Shown piece by piece: positions 38,992 to 49,482 of a stretch of DNA of 64,000 bases (position 1 is the stretch's first letter; every line of letters starts with the position of its first letter). A program made the position numbers and the translations under genes. Below the pieces are notes generated by a model. The model had not been told where the DNA came from. It searched no databases and worked only from the letters and a program-made list of their open reading frames with translations. The DNA comes from Candidatus Poseidoniaceae archaeon (GTDB lineage Archaea > Thermoplasmatota > Poseidoniia > Poseidoniales > Poseidoniaceae), in contig CAXPMI010000031.1 of assembly GCA_964218365.1 (NCBI GenBank), positions 9,940 to 73,939 of the forward strand. Reading direction: 5' to 3'.

Positions 38992-40029
38992 ATGAGGTCA
39001 CAACGCAAGTCCGGAAGTGACCTCGCCGTCAGTGAAGTCATTGGTGTCGTGATGCTGCTTGCGATGGTAATCACAATGATGGGAGGAGTGTTTGTATTTC
39101 TTACCCCATATGTGAATGATTTTCAAGATAATACCGCATGGTCAAACGCAAATGGGATTGCGGAAAGGCTAGACGGAAGAATCGATGTCGTTGCAGGAGC
39201 AAGTGCAGACACCGGACTTAGAACTACAATTCCCTTGACTATGAGCTCGATTTCTCCTATAATAAGTGCAGAAGTATGGACTGTTTCTGCTGATTTGACT
39301 GCGGGAGAGACTGTCACGGTCAATTACATCAATCAAACAACATTCAGTATACTATCGGAAAATGAAACAGCAGACCGTGCGGTAATATGGACAGAAGGTG
39401 GGGAAGTCGAAATATCATTCAATGAAACATACGAAGAAATTTTGATTAAACACAATTTGAGTGTTGCAGACATTTACATTGTAACAGTGTTCGATGGAGA
39501 GAATGAGATACACAAGCATGCAAAGATACCAATTTCAGGATTAATGGTAAAGACCAAAGTTCAGACTGGTGAGCATTCGATTGGACTCCTGAATGATGCT
39601 CGTTACGACAAATTCACTGATGAAACCTGGAGTATAACTTCGTCTCCTGACATGAATATTGAAGAGTTATTTGATGGCACAATGAGAGCTAGTTTGTCTC
39701 TGAGAGACGTAGACACAGTTGGTGCAATTCCAGACGGTAGAAACGCAATCTTCGATATCCGTTCAGAAGGTCCGATTACCCTGTTTAGTGGTGATGCATG
39801 GAATTTCAGATTTACATTTGACTCATCACTAGGACCAACTGTCGCCCCACAGATGACAGAGGGATGGTTAACCGACTACAACCTTCACAGAGCGTCGAAT
39901 ACTCTAGACCAACATAGAGGAATCAGTCCTTGGTTGAGGGCAAGTGGAATCGATGGTATGACAATCGACCACGGCAATTCTGTAATCGATCTTGAAATCG
40001 AATTGCAATTGGTGGAGGTTAGCAGATGA
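38992..40029 (+). CDS. Archaeal type IV pilin-like protein (class III signal peptide)
   Basis: SDLA|VSEVIGVVMLLAMVITMMGGV. Confidence 0.8.
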   Translation: MRSQRKSGSDLAVSEVIGVVMLLAMVITMMGGVFVFLTPYVNDFQDNTAWSNANGIAERLDGRIDVVAGASADTGLRTTIPLTMSSISPIISAEVWTVSADLTAGETVTVNYINQTTFSILSENETADRAVIWTEGGEVEISFNETYEEILIKHNLSVADIYIVTVFDGENEIHKHAKIPISGLMVKTKVQTGEHSIGLLNDARYDKFTDETWSITSSPDMNIEELFDGTMRASLSLRDVDTVGAIPDGRNAIFDIRSEGPITLFSGDAWNFRFTFDSSLGPTVAPQMTEGWLTDYNLHRASNTLDQHRGISPWLRASGIDGMTIDHGNSVIDLEIELQLVEVSR

Positions 40030-42074
40030 TGCAAAATAACCTCCGCAGGGACGAGGAAGCAGTTAGCGCTGCTGTAGCCACCGTTCTACTCTTTGGAGGA
40101 GTAATTTCAATTATTGGAATTATGCTACTTTCCTTGATGCCAGTTATACAAGAATTAGAAGGTTCTCTCAAGAGAAATGATATGCAAGCCCAAATGGAGA
40201 TAATGGCTCACGAAGTAACATTATTGTCTGAATCCGGATTACCTGGCGACTCTAGTCAAGTCCAACTTATTCCGGTTGATGGTGAATTACGATGGGATAG
40301 ACTCAGAGGAGGAATGTGGTATTCTGCATCTTGGTATGAAGGTGATACTTTCAGAATCCAAGGGGCTCTAGACTTGGACCGAAATATCGACGTAAGGCAT
40401 GCCGAAAGCAATGTACAGGCGATTTGCTATGAAGATATGAGACTAGGTCCAGACAGACCATTCATATTCTCCCCAAATAATCAAACCGATACAATACTAG
40501 TAACACCTAAACATGGTTTGACAATACCCCTCGGTCCTGTTGAAATTGAACACGCAGGAATAGAGCACTCTCTTTCGATAGGAGAGGTTATGAGTTTAGA
40601 TTCAAACCACCAAATCAAATCAAGTCATGATTTGGTTGGCTTACAGATAAGAGGGGATTCGGGAGTTGCACTTATGCCACCTTCCAAGGCAAATCCCTCA
40701 ACTGGTAAGGGGCAACATTGGGCAATTCCTCTACCAGTGGGAGAAACTACAATCGAAGTCTTCGCAGACGATGACATCCTCGTTCAATGGCAGACTCTAA
40801 CTGAATCTGGGCAAGAAGCAATACCCCAAACCACAGCTGTTAGAATAGCAAACTCATGGACAAAAACATTCAATCTATCAGAGATTAGTTTAGTGGAGAT
40901 AGTTACTGACGTCGATGCTCATCTGATTATTTCTCATGGCAATTCTGGTAAAACCTCACTGTTGGGAGAAGAGGGGAATTATCTCTCTAAGCACTTCATA
41001 GCGCCTTCGCAATCTGGGAATTTATCGTTCTCTAATCCGAGTCAAAATGCTGCAACAATTACATGGAAAAATGGCGGCATATCTGTACCTGCCAACCAAA
41101 CCATAGAAGTTGAGTGGCCTCCATCTAATATCGATAGTGCTGCGATCTTAGAAAGTAGCGAGAATGTTCTCGTTCAGTGGAAACTAAATGACAAAGGAAT
41201 GACATTCTTACCTGCAACCGACACAGGTCAAATCACTGGACTAGATTTCATTGAAGATAATTCACAGACGATTATCAACCATTCTTCTGAATATGGTGAC
41301 TATCAATCAAAATTGGCAAAAGATGGGAATTCGGGAATTCTTGCGCTAGAGGATGATGGAGCTATGCGCTGTGTCGCAATAGACCAGACTGCATCCGGAT
41401 GGATTTCAACTACCCTGCCGTGGAAATCAATGAATGGTATACCCGAAGGGCAGATCATCACTGCTTGGAGAAATGGAGATCACCCCGCAAGTATTGAGAT
41501 AACTTTGATTGGGACAGAAGGAGATGCAACTCACGCTAACTTAGCAACAGCATGGGCATTCCATATATCGAGATTAACATACGAATTTGATACCTCGATT
41601 ACAGGCCTTGAAGTTGCATGGTCTGCCGGTGCAATTGTTACAAATCATCCCGAGTTAGATCCTACAATATTAGTTGGACCAACAGACAGACAGGGCCCAG
41701 GGCCAAGGTTCAGTGCAACAATACCTTCGATGCACCCTACTCAAACATCAGTTACTGGTAGCGGGATAATGAACCTTGATATCGAACTATCAATGAGAGA
41801 AAGTCTTGCCTCTACAACAGCCTATGATGTGAGGAGAGGGTGGGTAGGTCCGTATGGAGATGCGGTTGCTTCTTGGGCAAGTACAAGCCTAGAGACTTCC
41901 GAAGACTGGATAGTTAATCCCGGAAGAATTGACTTGCTTACAGACTATGTTGGTTGGGTCCCTGTTCCTACAGTTGGACCTAGTGAAGCCGTATGGCATA
42001 CAGCAGGTCAGCCAATACAGTTCAATCTGCAAATTAGCAGCCTAGATGTTGAAATTTCGGAGGCGGGGTCATGA
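40026..42074 (+). CDS. Large type IV pilin-like protein (class III signal peptide)
   Basis: RRDEEA|VSAAVATVLLFGGVISIIG; 4-bp overlaps with both neighbours. Confidence 0.78.
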   Translation: MMQNNLRRDEEAVSAAVATVLLFGGVISIIGIMLLSLMPVIQELEGSLKRNDMQAQMEIMAHEVTLLSESGLPGDSSQVQLIPVDGELRWDRLRGGMWYSASWYEGDTFRIQGALDLDRNIDVRHAESNVQAICYEDMRLGPDRPFIFSPNNQTDTILVTPKHGLTIPLGPVEIEHAGIEHSLSIGEVMSLDSNHQIKSSHDLVGLQIRGDSGVALMPPSKANPSTGKGQHWAIPLPVGETTIEVFADDDILVQWQTLTESGQEAIPQTTAVRIANSWTKTFNLSEISLVEIVTDVDAHLIISHGNSGKTSLLGEEGNYLSKHFIAPSQSGNLSFSNPSQNAATITWKNGGISVPANQTIEVEWPPSNIDSAAILESSENVLVQWKLNDKGMTFLPATDTGQITGLDFIEDNSQTIINHSSEYGDYQSKLAKDGNSGILALEDDGAMRCVAIDQTASGWISTTLPWKSMNGIPEGQIITAWRNGDHPASIEITLIGTEGDATHANLATAWAFHISRLTYEFDTSITGLEVAWSAGAIVTNHPELDPTILVGPTDRQGPGPRFSATIPSMHPTQTSVTGSGIMNLDIELSMRESLASTTAYDVRRGWVGPYGDAVASWASTSLETSEDWIVNPGRIDLLTDYVGWVPVPTVGPSEAVWHTAGQPIQFNLQISSLDVEISEAGS

Positions 42075-42541
42075 CAAATAGATTGGTCGATGACGAATCT
42101 GGAGCTAGCACTGAACTTGGCTACATTTTCACATTCATGCTCGGAGTATTGTTCCTCTCAATGTTTAGTGTCTGGGCGTTTGGCTTAGAAACGTCAACTA
42201 GGGAGAACTGGAATAGAACTGCTGTAGATGTTAACATGGCAGATATTGCTGCTGCGGTTGAAAGGGCCGATATGGCAAGCAGAGAAGACTCTAGTGTGAG
42301 TTACGCAGAAGTAGTGACATGGAGATTAACCGAAGCAGACGAGACCGACTTTGTTCTCACCTTGGATGACACTGGACTATCACTCGATCATAGCGAGAAT
42401 GAACTGGACAGAGAAGTTTCGATATCTGGAACGGGATATGGTACATATGATGGAAGAATCAATCTTTCAGGGACTGCAGAGATTTGGGTCGTTTACCACG
42501 AAGGTGTGACCTATCTCTCAACAACTAGACCAGATTTCTGA
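42071..42541 (+). CDS. Small type IV pilin-like protein
   Basis: DDESG|ASTELGYIFTFMLGVLFL...IAAAVERAD. Confidence 0.72.
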   Translation: MTNRLVDDESGASTELGYIFTFMLGVLFLSMFSVWAFGLETSTRENWNRTAVDVNMADIAAAVERADMASREDSSVSYAEVVTWRLTEADETDFVLTLDDTGLSLDHSENELDREVSISGTGYGTYDGRINLSGTAEIWVVYHEGVTYLSTTRPDF

Positions 42542-45067
42542 TTATCTGCCCATTACAGCGGTGTGTACCATCATCTGTACTTCCCGCATTCTTGTCTGAG
42601 CGCCTAATTCTCGGAAGACCGATAATGCCCTCTGAAGATATTCCATCCTCCGTTGTCTATCGGGGGCAACTCCGCCTAATCTTGCTAATAATTCGCCGAT
42701 TTGCATGCGCAAATCGTTTGCTTCAGAGATGACCAGTGCTTCTCGATATCTTTCCAAAGCTTCCTCGATTCTACCACTGTCCTGGAGAACCTCTCCTAAC
42801 AAAATCGAAACTTCCACCAATGCTAGCGGATCTCCTGCTTCTCCCATTGTGGATAGTGCATCTGTGTAATGATGTAAAGCCAGGTCTGAATCCCCAGTCT
42901 TTGCATAATATCTTCCAAGTACAGCTCTTGCTCTTGCGTGCAATATCGCATCATCACTCGATTCAGACCTCTCATAGGAAGACAATGCATGGTCTCTTGC
43001 TCTATCACTCTCACCTAAGTCGAGTAACGCTCTTGCTAAAACGATCTGGGCAGGAATTAGTTCTGTGGAATCATTCCCCGACAAAATACTCTCTACTTCA
43101 CCATAAGCCTCCAGTGCCTTAGCTTTGTCACCGTTTCTACGCAGGATATATCCCATGTTGTTATAGGAGCGAGCAGCACCTACTGCATCGCCCATAGAGA
43201 TGAATAATTCCAGAGCCTTTCTGTGCATTCCAAGGCTTCCATCTGAATCTCCTCGCTTCAAAGCAATGTCTGCTAAATTCGAAACAATGTCTGCAATAAC
43301 GTCGTCTAAACCGGCAGCTTCAGCTGGTGGTTTTGCTTGGTTGAATGCTTCTTCTGCCTCATCGAAACGACCGAGTAGAGCTAATACCTCTCCCCTGAGT
43401 CTATCTACCCTACATGCACTATCTGCACCTACTGATTTTGTATCGATAGACTCTAGTAAACCCAATAATTCAATGTGACCTTCCTTGATTAAGTCTCTAC
43501 CTTGTTCCACTACTAATTTTGTGGCATCTTCGTGCCTTGAAGAAGAAATTAGGTGGTATATTAACTCAAGAGCAATCTGACTTGATGTGGCTTGTTTAGT
43601 GTACCAGGCAACCGCTTTGTTGTGAAGATCTTCTTTGGATTGTTTGTCCAGACTTTGTAGAAGGAATTCCCGAATTAGGTCGTGAACATCATAAGTTCCA
43701 GAATCGGCATTGCGAGCCAGGCCAGATTCTACTAGGGAATCTAATTCATCAGTATGTAGACCTTGTTCCGTTAGAGCTTCTAACTCGATAGGTTCACGGA
43801 ATACAGATAGAGCACCAAGCAAGCGTTTTTGCTCTCCTGAGAGCTTAGAGAAAATCTCGATATTGACGTAATTCTCTAGAGATTCGTGGAATGCACCTGC
43901 TGATGCCCCGCGGTTAATCAACTCCAAGACTAGAGGGTGACCACGGCTCAAGGAGTGTATGTAGAGTAATTTTTCTTGGTCCAAGTCATCAAAGGCAGAG
44001 AGAAGAGACCTAGTTGATTCTTGGTCCAAGCCTTCTAATGGGAGAACCAGTGAAACTATCCTTCCATCAGCGTCTTTGAGGGGAACAACCTCTTTGAAAG
44101 AGCGAGAGAATATTACTAGTCCAACATCACCTTCACACTCGACAAGACCTCTAGATAATGCTTGAATTGTTTGATGTAGAGTCTTATCACTTACTTTGTG
44201 GTAATCATCAATCACGATTAGAGCAGGTGTGTTAGCAAGAGAATCAACAATAATTCTTGCTGCATCAGCAGACTTCGGAACTGGAGTAGCAGATATGTAA
44301 TCGGCCAACATTGAATCCCCGATATTTGATAGCCAGTCAGCGATGCCCTCCAAGAAAGCTCGACTTCCTTCCCAGTCTTGACATCGATGATACATCAAGT
44401 TCCTTCGATGCATGAATGATTCAATCACTTTTGCTGCCATGGAGGTTTTTCCGATACCTGCAATCCCTGGTACCATCAAAGTTGTAGACCTAGCCTCAAG
44501 AAGATTAACCATATTTTCTAATTCGGTAGACCGGCCATAAAAGTGCCTTAACCTCGGTAGGTCACCAAGGCTAGTAACAAGTTGTTTCTCAACATGCTTT
44601 GAGAGATCTCTTTCAACTAGGTCTGCAGACAGTGAGCGGACATCCAAGACTCCGTTGTCATCTAGGTATCGTATTACATCAACTGGCCTCATAGTAAATG
44701 GCAACTTATCTTGGATTTCTCCAAGCGTAGATGCGATGGTGTTTCCACCAGGTAGAATTGCTCTGAGTTGGAATTCCCTAAGGTTCTTCCATGTCTCATC
44801 AGCCAATTTCATTCCAGATTCTGTTAAGAAGTAGGCCTTCCTCTTTCTGCTAACCCCTTGAACGTGAGCTTGCCTCTCGATTAGAAGTCCTTGATCCTTC
44901 AAACCAGCAATTGCTCTAGGGACGTTGGAGCGAGCGATTGCAACTGCATTTGCGATACCCATTTGTGATAGAGCAAATGGTACCTCGACTGAACTCATGA
45001 AGTCCGAGAAGTCGGAAAGATGTAGAAGAATCCTCTCTTGAACACCCGGCTTTGGTCTAGTCGCCAT
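42542..45067 (-). CDS. wHTH + STAND P-loop NTPase + TPR protein
   Basis: SQMGIANAVAIARSNVPR...RKAYFLT (wHTH); FYGRSTEL, GIAGIGKT (Walker A), IVIDDYH (Walker B), GHPL, VHDL; TPR repeats at the C-terminus. Confidence 0.88.
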   Translation of the reverse strand: MATRPKPGVQERILLHLSDFSDFMSSVEVPFALSQMGIANAVAIARSNVPRAIAGLKDQGLLIERQAHVQGVSRKRKAYFLTESGMKLADETWKNLREFQLRAILPGGNTIASTLGEIQDKLPFTMRPVDVIRYLDDNGVLDVRSLSADLVERDLSKHVEKQLVTSLGDLPRLRHFYGRSTELENMVNLLEARSTTLMVPGIAGIGKTSMAAKVIESFMHRRNLMYHRCQDWEGSRAFLEGIADWLSNIGDSMLADYISATPVPKSADAARIIVDSLANTPALIVIDDYHKVSDKTLHQTIQALSRGLVECEGDVGLVIFSRSFKEVVPLKDADGRIVSLVLPLEGLDQESTRSLLSAFDDLDQEKLLYIHSLSRGHPLVLELINRGASAGAFHESLENYVNIEIFSKLSGEQKRLLGALSVFREPIELEALTEQGLHTDELDSLVESGLARNADSGTYDVHDLIREFLLQSLDKQSKEDLHNKAVAWYTKQATSSQIALELIYHLISSSRHEDATKLVVEQGRDLIKEGHIELLGLLESIDTKSVGADSACRVDRLRGEVLALLGRFDEAEEAFNQAKPPAEAAGLDDVIADIVSNLADIALKRGDSDGSLGMHRKALELFISMGDAVGAARSYNNMGYILRRNGDKAKALEAYGEVESILSGNDSTELIPAQIVLARALLDLGESDRARDHALSSYERSESSDDAILHARARAVLGRYYAKTGDSDLALHHYTDALSTMGEAGDPLALVEVSILLGEVLQDSGRIEEALERYREALVISEANDLRMQIGELLARLGGVAPDRQRRMEYLQRALSVFRELGAQTRMREVQMMVHTAVMGR

Positions 45068-45120
45068 ACTCAATCATTCCCCTATTCCTCTTAGAGTGTT
45101 GTGTATTTCCGTGTTAGAAA

Positions 45121-48100
45121 TTACTGCTGAGGAGGCCTGTAGTTTGGATCTGCAACCCACTGGTTGGTTTGGGCATCCCAAATCCAACCTGGATGCTGAG
45201 GCTGAGCAGCAGGTACAGGAGCAGGAGCAGGTGTTAATTCACCTGCAGAAGCTGCTGCTTGTTCTGCGGCCCTTGCTTTTGCCCATGCATACGGGTCTTC
45301 CTCTTTTTGCATCTCAGCCAATGCGGCTTCATCATCTTCAAACTCTTCCTCAAACTCAAGGAAGAAGAAAGCGCCAACAGCAAGGAGAATCGCAATGACT
45401 ACCACCGCAATAACAATCCAAACCCAAGAGGAAACACCATCAGTTCCTGTTTCTCCTTTCTTTAGAGTGATAGAGTTACCGTCGTCTTTTCCAATGAATT
45501 GACCATCTTGTTCAAAGTATATCTCAAAACTACCATCTCTATCAAGAGCAGAGGAGCTAATATCCATATTCCAAAGGCCGTCTTCGCCAACAACGGTGTC
45601 ATTCAGTTTTATGTCACCCTTCACAAGTCTTGCTGTGACAACAGAATTTGGTAATCCTGTACCCTTGAACTCAGCTGAGTCCCCAAACTTAACTGCACCT
45701 TCATCCGTTCTCTCAGCCGTGAACTCGACACCGCGTACAACGAAGTTAACTTGGTAAGAATACGCTACAGAATCGAAGGCATCTCTTGCTTCGAACATTA
45801 CTCCTTGCATAGACCACTCAGAGATTTCGCTTGAGGTTTGATACATTGAATCCATTGGATTGTAAATCGCTTTACCATCAGGCGTGATTCTGATATGATA
45901 TGCATAATCATCATCGATTGCAGTTGAAGGGTCATCACGGACATCGAAAACCATGTGACTGGATTGTGGTCCTACTCCATCTGAATCATTGAAATAATCC
46001 AACAAATTGATTTCCACACCTTCGCCACACTTATCGAATGCACTGGACTTTTCATCACAGAAGATTGTGATAGTATCAACCCAGCCGGTTGGATTGAATG
46101 TAGGTGCCATGTTGTCTGCATCCGCAGGGTTATCAATTACGATACGTACTGTTTCCATCAATGAGTAGTCCACACCATCATAAGCCCTAACTTGAACTTC
46201 ATATTGCTGGTCGTGAATCAGATTGCTAGTATCCCAATATGTGAACCATGCACCATTAGGCTGGAACGAGGTAATTGGGTTTGGACCATTGTTTAACTCG
46301 ATTCCACTAGCAAGGTCAATAATTGTGATTTCAACACGTGTTACTTGACCATCGTTATCTCGTGCCACACCACTGATAATTGTCTCATCTGATGCTCTTA
46401 CACTCTCCATTGGAAGTGGTTCACTGACTTGGACAATTGGAATACGGTTATCATTATCGATTGTAATAGTGATTACTTCTGGATCACATACATCTACAAC
46501 TTCATGACAATAATTTGAGTCGCTTGCCCAAACTGTGAATGTGTAGTCACCACTTGGCAGTGACGAGAAGTTCCATGTATCGGCCCAAGCTGCTGCACCA
46601 CCTGCATTTGCAGGGTAGTTTGCAGAATAGTTGTTAGGTCCTTGAACACTAAACCAGATGTCTCTGATATCGCTACCCTGTACACCTTGGTAGTCATCAG
46701 AAGCTGTTCCTGTGAAGAGAACTTCCTGTCCGTCGTGAGTAGATCCATCCAATGGAGTATCAAGATTGATTGTTGGAGGATTGATATTAAGCTTGAATAC
46801 TCGAGTGCTTACAATTGATTCTTCCAGCCCATCGTAGGACCTGACTCTGAATGTAACATCCTCTTCGAAGTGGTTTGCCATATCCCAATTGAAACTCCAA
46901 GTTTTGAATGGCCAGTTTGCCATGGTAACTTCACCGTTAGCGCCTGATGTGTCTGTTGCTAGATACCAATCTTGGCTTCCATGAGGTTGGATCTCCACCC
47001 TCTTGATGTCACCAAATTGCTTCAGCCATGAATCATAGTCATTGAAGTACGGACCAGATTGTCCATCATGTGAAGATCCAGTTAGGGAAATAGTTCTTGC
47101 AAATGAGGTGCCGTCGTTTTGGTCTACACTCACAGATGGTGCAATGTTAACAAGATTGATGACTTCATCAACCATGCCGGTTAGAGTGAAATCATGTGTA
47201 GATGTTCCCTTGCTAAACTTCTTTGCTTCAACTGAATATGTTGGCAATTCACGGTTTCCGGATTGACAGTCTGGATCTTGGCCATCAGCTAGTGTGTCAC
47301 CGTCATTGTCGATACCGTCGCTACAGGAATCTTCACCTTGGTCTGTTGCTTGATGATTCCAGTTTCTATCGATGTGGAAGTTTGATGGAAGTGTAACCCA
47401 CGGCGTGTAACCGTAAGGGTCGGTAGTCATGTTGTACAACGGCTTTCCATTTGCATCTTTGATTGTTACAAGAGCGTCGGAAACTTGTGAGTTGTCTGCT
47501 TTGACTTGATACCTTACGAGTTCTCCTTGCTCAACTTGGACACCCCATGCAGTGTTTTGATTTTGGATGTGGATCTTCGACCTATCGAAGTTCTGAACAT
47601 CTGAGTAAGTGAATGTCGTAGCATTCTCATTTAGTTCCATAGCAAGAGGCATGAACTTTGGAGGCCATACACCAGTAAGCGGAACTTGTAGGCACACTGA
47701 AGAGTCCCAAGGACACTCTCTGTCATCCCAAGTTAGCATGACTGGATACATCTGATTGCCACCTGGGTCTGGCATGAACTCGCTCTGTACAGCAACACGT
47801 GATTCTGTAACGTTGTAAATCTGCGATGCATTGGAGTATGAGTTACCAGAGAAGTAAGCAATAGAACCGTATTTGTTTCCATAATTATCATCATACAGCG
47901 AAATATTTGCTGCGAAACCACCAACTTCTATGTTGTTATTTTGAGCGTTGACAATGCCGCCCTTTATCCTGAATCCATCCCCTACGTTATTTGATACCGT
48001 ATTGTCCATGAATGTAGCAGAGGCCATGTAGACGTGGAATGCGGGACAAGGGAAATCTCCTCCATACATTTCAACGGAGTTACATGTTCCTGTATTGTTA

Positions 48101-49416
48101 GAGATTATGTTATTTGCAAAATACAGGCGGGCTTTGCTTGGAGATGGGACGTTCCATCCCTGATCCTTGTGGTGGTATTCACCTATCAGTACTGGTTCTT
48201 TTGCTGTGTTGAGAATTGTATTGTTTTCTGCACTCACATCAGATTCACCATAAATCCACAGACCGTTCCATCCACCGATTGGGCCGATTGTGTTGCCATT
48301 GGCTGTTACGAAAGAAGAGCGGATACCAAATCCTGAACCTTCTGCAGAACCTGAAATAGTATTTCTTTCAGCAAGAACAATTGCACCATCGTACGCAGTA
48401 ATTCCTGCTCCGTCAGTAGGAGTGATTACGTTGTCTGAAATTACGAATGTGTAATTTTGGCCATTAGCAGACAAATGGGAGTTTGTATCGATAGCGTTAC
48501 ACTTTGTGGTAACTGTAGAGTTTGTTAGATAACCACTGCTCGAGCGCAAAAACGCTCCGTAAGAATTCTGTGTGACTGAAATAGTATCCATTCTAACGAA
48601 AGAGTTCTCAAGGTAAATTGCTGAACGACCTCCACCTTGGGCTCCACAATCAGTCTCTTCCCCTGTGAACGCAGAATTCAGTACTTGCATGACCACAAGA
48701 CCTGCACCTGCACCGTATGCCTGTATTGCAGCGCCGTGGTAACCTTCCTCATCAATTCCAACCTCGAAGGTTCCTCCATCTAAGGTAGGCGATGCACCGT
48801 TGATTGCCAACACGTTTGTTGTATTGATATTCCTGAAAGTTGGATTGTTTACACTCAAACTTGCACCGTCGAAGACCATTGCTCCGTACTTGATGGATCC
48901 TTGACCATCAATATCGATAGGGATACCGTATGCACCGTCTAGTGTTACGTGGTTCAGACGGGTCAGTGACTGGTCGATTGTAGAATCAAGGTATATTCCA
49001 GAACCACAAGCCATGTCTGGATTGAAAATACCTGTTACATAACATCTGCCTGTTTGGTTAGGAGCTGGTGCTGCCGGTGCGCCCCAAATGAAACGGATAG
49101 GAGAACCTGTACTTGCTTGTGATGCACCACAAGAACTGTCACCTGCACAAATCGAACCTTGGATGTTAATGTTCTTGTCTGCAGGTATGTTGATTGTAGT
49201 TCCAGCATTGATGATTAATTTCGCACCACCAGCGACCAATAGGTCACCGTCCATGTTCATGACTCCGGTCCAGGTTTCTGTACCGGTAATTGTTCCTGAT
49301 GATGTTTCATTCACCGCCATTGCTGACGGAGCGGTTGATACCATAGTTACAAACAGGGAAACTAGGAATAAACTCACTAAACCTACACTCTTACTTTTTT
49401 GGACGTTTACTGACAT
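45121..49416 (-). CDS. Giant (~1431 aa) single-pass surface protein: right-handed beta-helix plus Ig-like repeats and a Trp-rich tail
   Basis: Signal peptide; xxNNTIxN parallel beta-helix repeats; VRSYDG / VWASD / VRAYDG Ig-type ends; TM helix; tail HPGWIWDAQTNQWVADP. Confidence 0.85.
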   Translation of the reverse strand: MSVNVQKSKSVGLVSLFLVSLFVTMVSTAPSAMAVNETSSGTITGTETWTGVMNMDGDLLVAGGAKLIINAGTTINIPADKNINIQGSICAGDSSCGASQASTGSPIRFIWGAPAAPAPNQTGRCYVTGIFNPDMACGSGIYLDSTIDQSLTRLNHVTLDGAYGIPIDIDGQGSIKYGAMVFDGASLSVNNPTFRNINTTNVLAINGASPTLDGGTFEVGIDEEGYHGAAIQAYGAGAGLVVMQVLNSAFTGEETDCGAQGGGRSAIYLENSFVRMDTISVTQNSYGAFLRSSSGYLTNSTVTTKCNAIDTNSHLSANGQNYTFVISDNVITPTDGAGITAYDGAIVLAERNTISGSAEGSGFGIRSSFVTANGNTIGPIGGWNGLWIYGESDVSAENNTILNTAKEPVLIGEYHHKDQGWNVPSPSKARLYFANNIISNNTGTCNSVEMYGGDFPCPAFHVYMASATFMDNTVSNNVGDGFRIKGGIVNAQNNNIEVGGFAANISLYDDNYGNKYGSIAYFSGNSYSNASQIYNVTESRVAVQSEFMPDPGGNQMYPVMLTWDDRECPWDSSVCLQVPLTGVWPPKFMPLAMELNENATTFTYSDVQNFDRSKIHIQNQNTAWGVQVEQGELVRYQVKADNSQVSDALVTIKDANGKPLYNMTTDPYGYTPWVTLPSNFHIDRNWNHQATDQGEDSCSDGIDNDGDTLADGQDPDCQSGNRELPTYSVEAKKFSKGTSTHDFTLTGMVDEVINLVNIAPSVSVDQNDGTSFARTISLTGSSHDGQSGPYFNDYDSWLKQFGDIKRVEIQPHGSQDWYLATDTSGANGEVTMANWPFKTWSFNWDMANHFEEDVTFRVRSYDGLEESIVSTRVFKLNINPPTINLDTPLDGSTHDGQEVLFTGTASDDYQGVQGSDIRDIWFSVQGPNNYSANYPANAGGAAAWADTWNFSSLPSGDYTFTVWASDSNYCHEVVDVCDPEVITITIDNDNRIPIVQVSEPLPMESVRASDETIISGVARDNDGQVTRVEITIIDLASGIELNNGPNPITSFQPNGAWFTYWDTSNLIHDQQYEVQVRAYDGVDYSLMETVRIVIDNPADADNMAPTFNPTGWVDTITIFCDEKSSAFDKCGEGVEINLLDYFNDSDGVGPQSSHMVFDVRDDPSTAIDDDYAYHIRITPDGKAIYNPMDSMYQTSSEISEWSMQGVMFEARDAFDSVAYSYQVNFVVRGVEFTAERTDEGAVKFGDSAEFKGTGLPNSVVTARLVKGDIKLNDTVVGEDGLWNMDISSSALDRDGSFEIYFEQDGQFIGKDDGNSITLKKGETGTDGVSSWVWIVIAVVVIAILLAVGAFFFLEFEEEFEDDEAALAEMQKEEDPYAWAKARAAEQAAASAGELTPAPAPVPAAQPQHPGWIWDAQTNQWVADPNYRPPQQ

Positions 49417-49482
49417 AATACACCCTCGGCATGTTGTCCAAATACTGGACCGCCTTAACACATTGGGATAGATTTCAATTGA

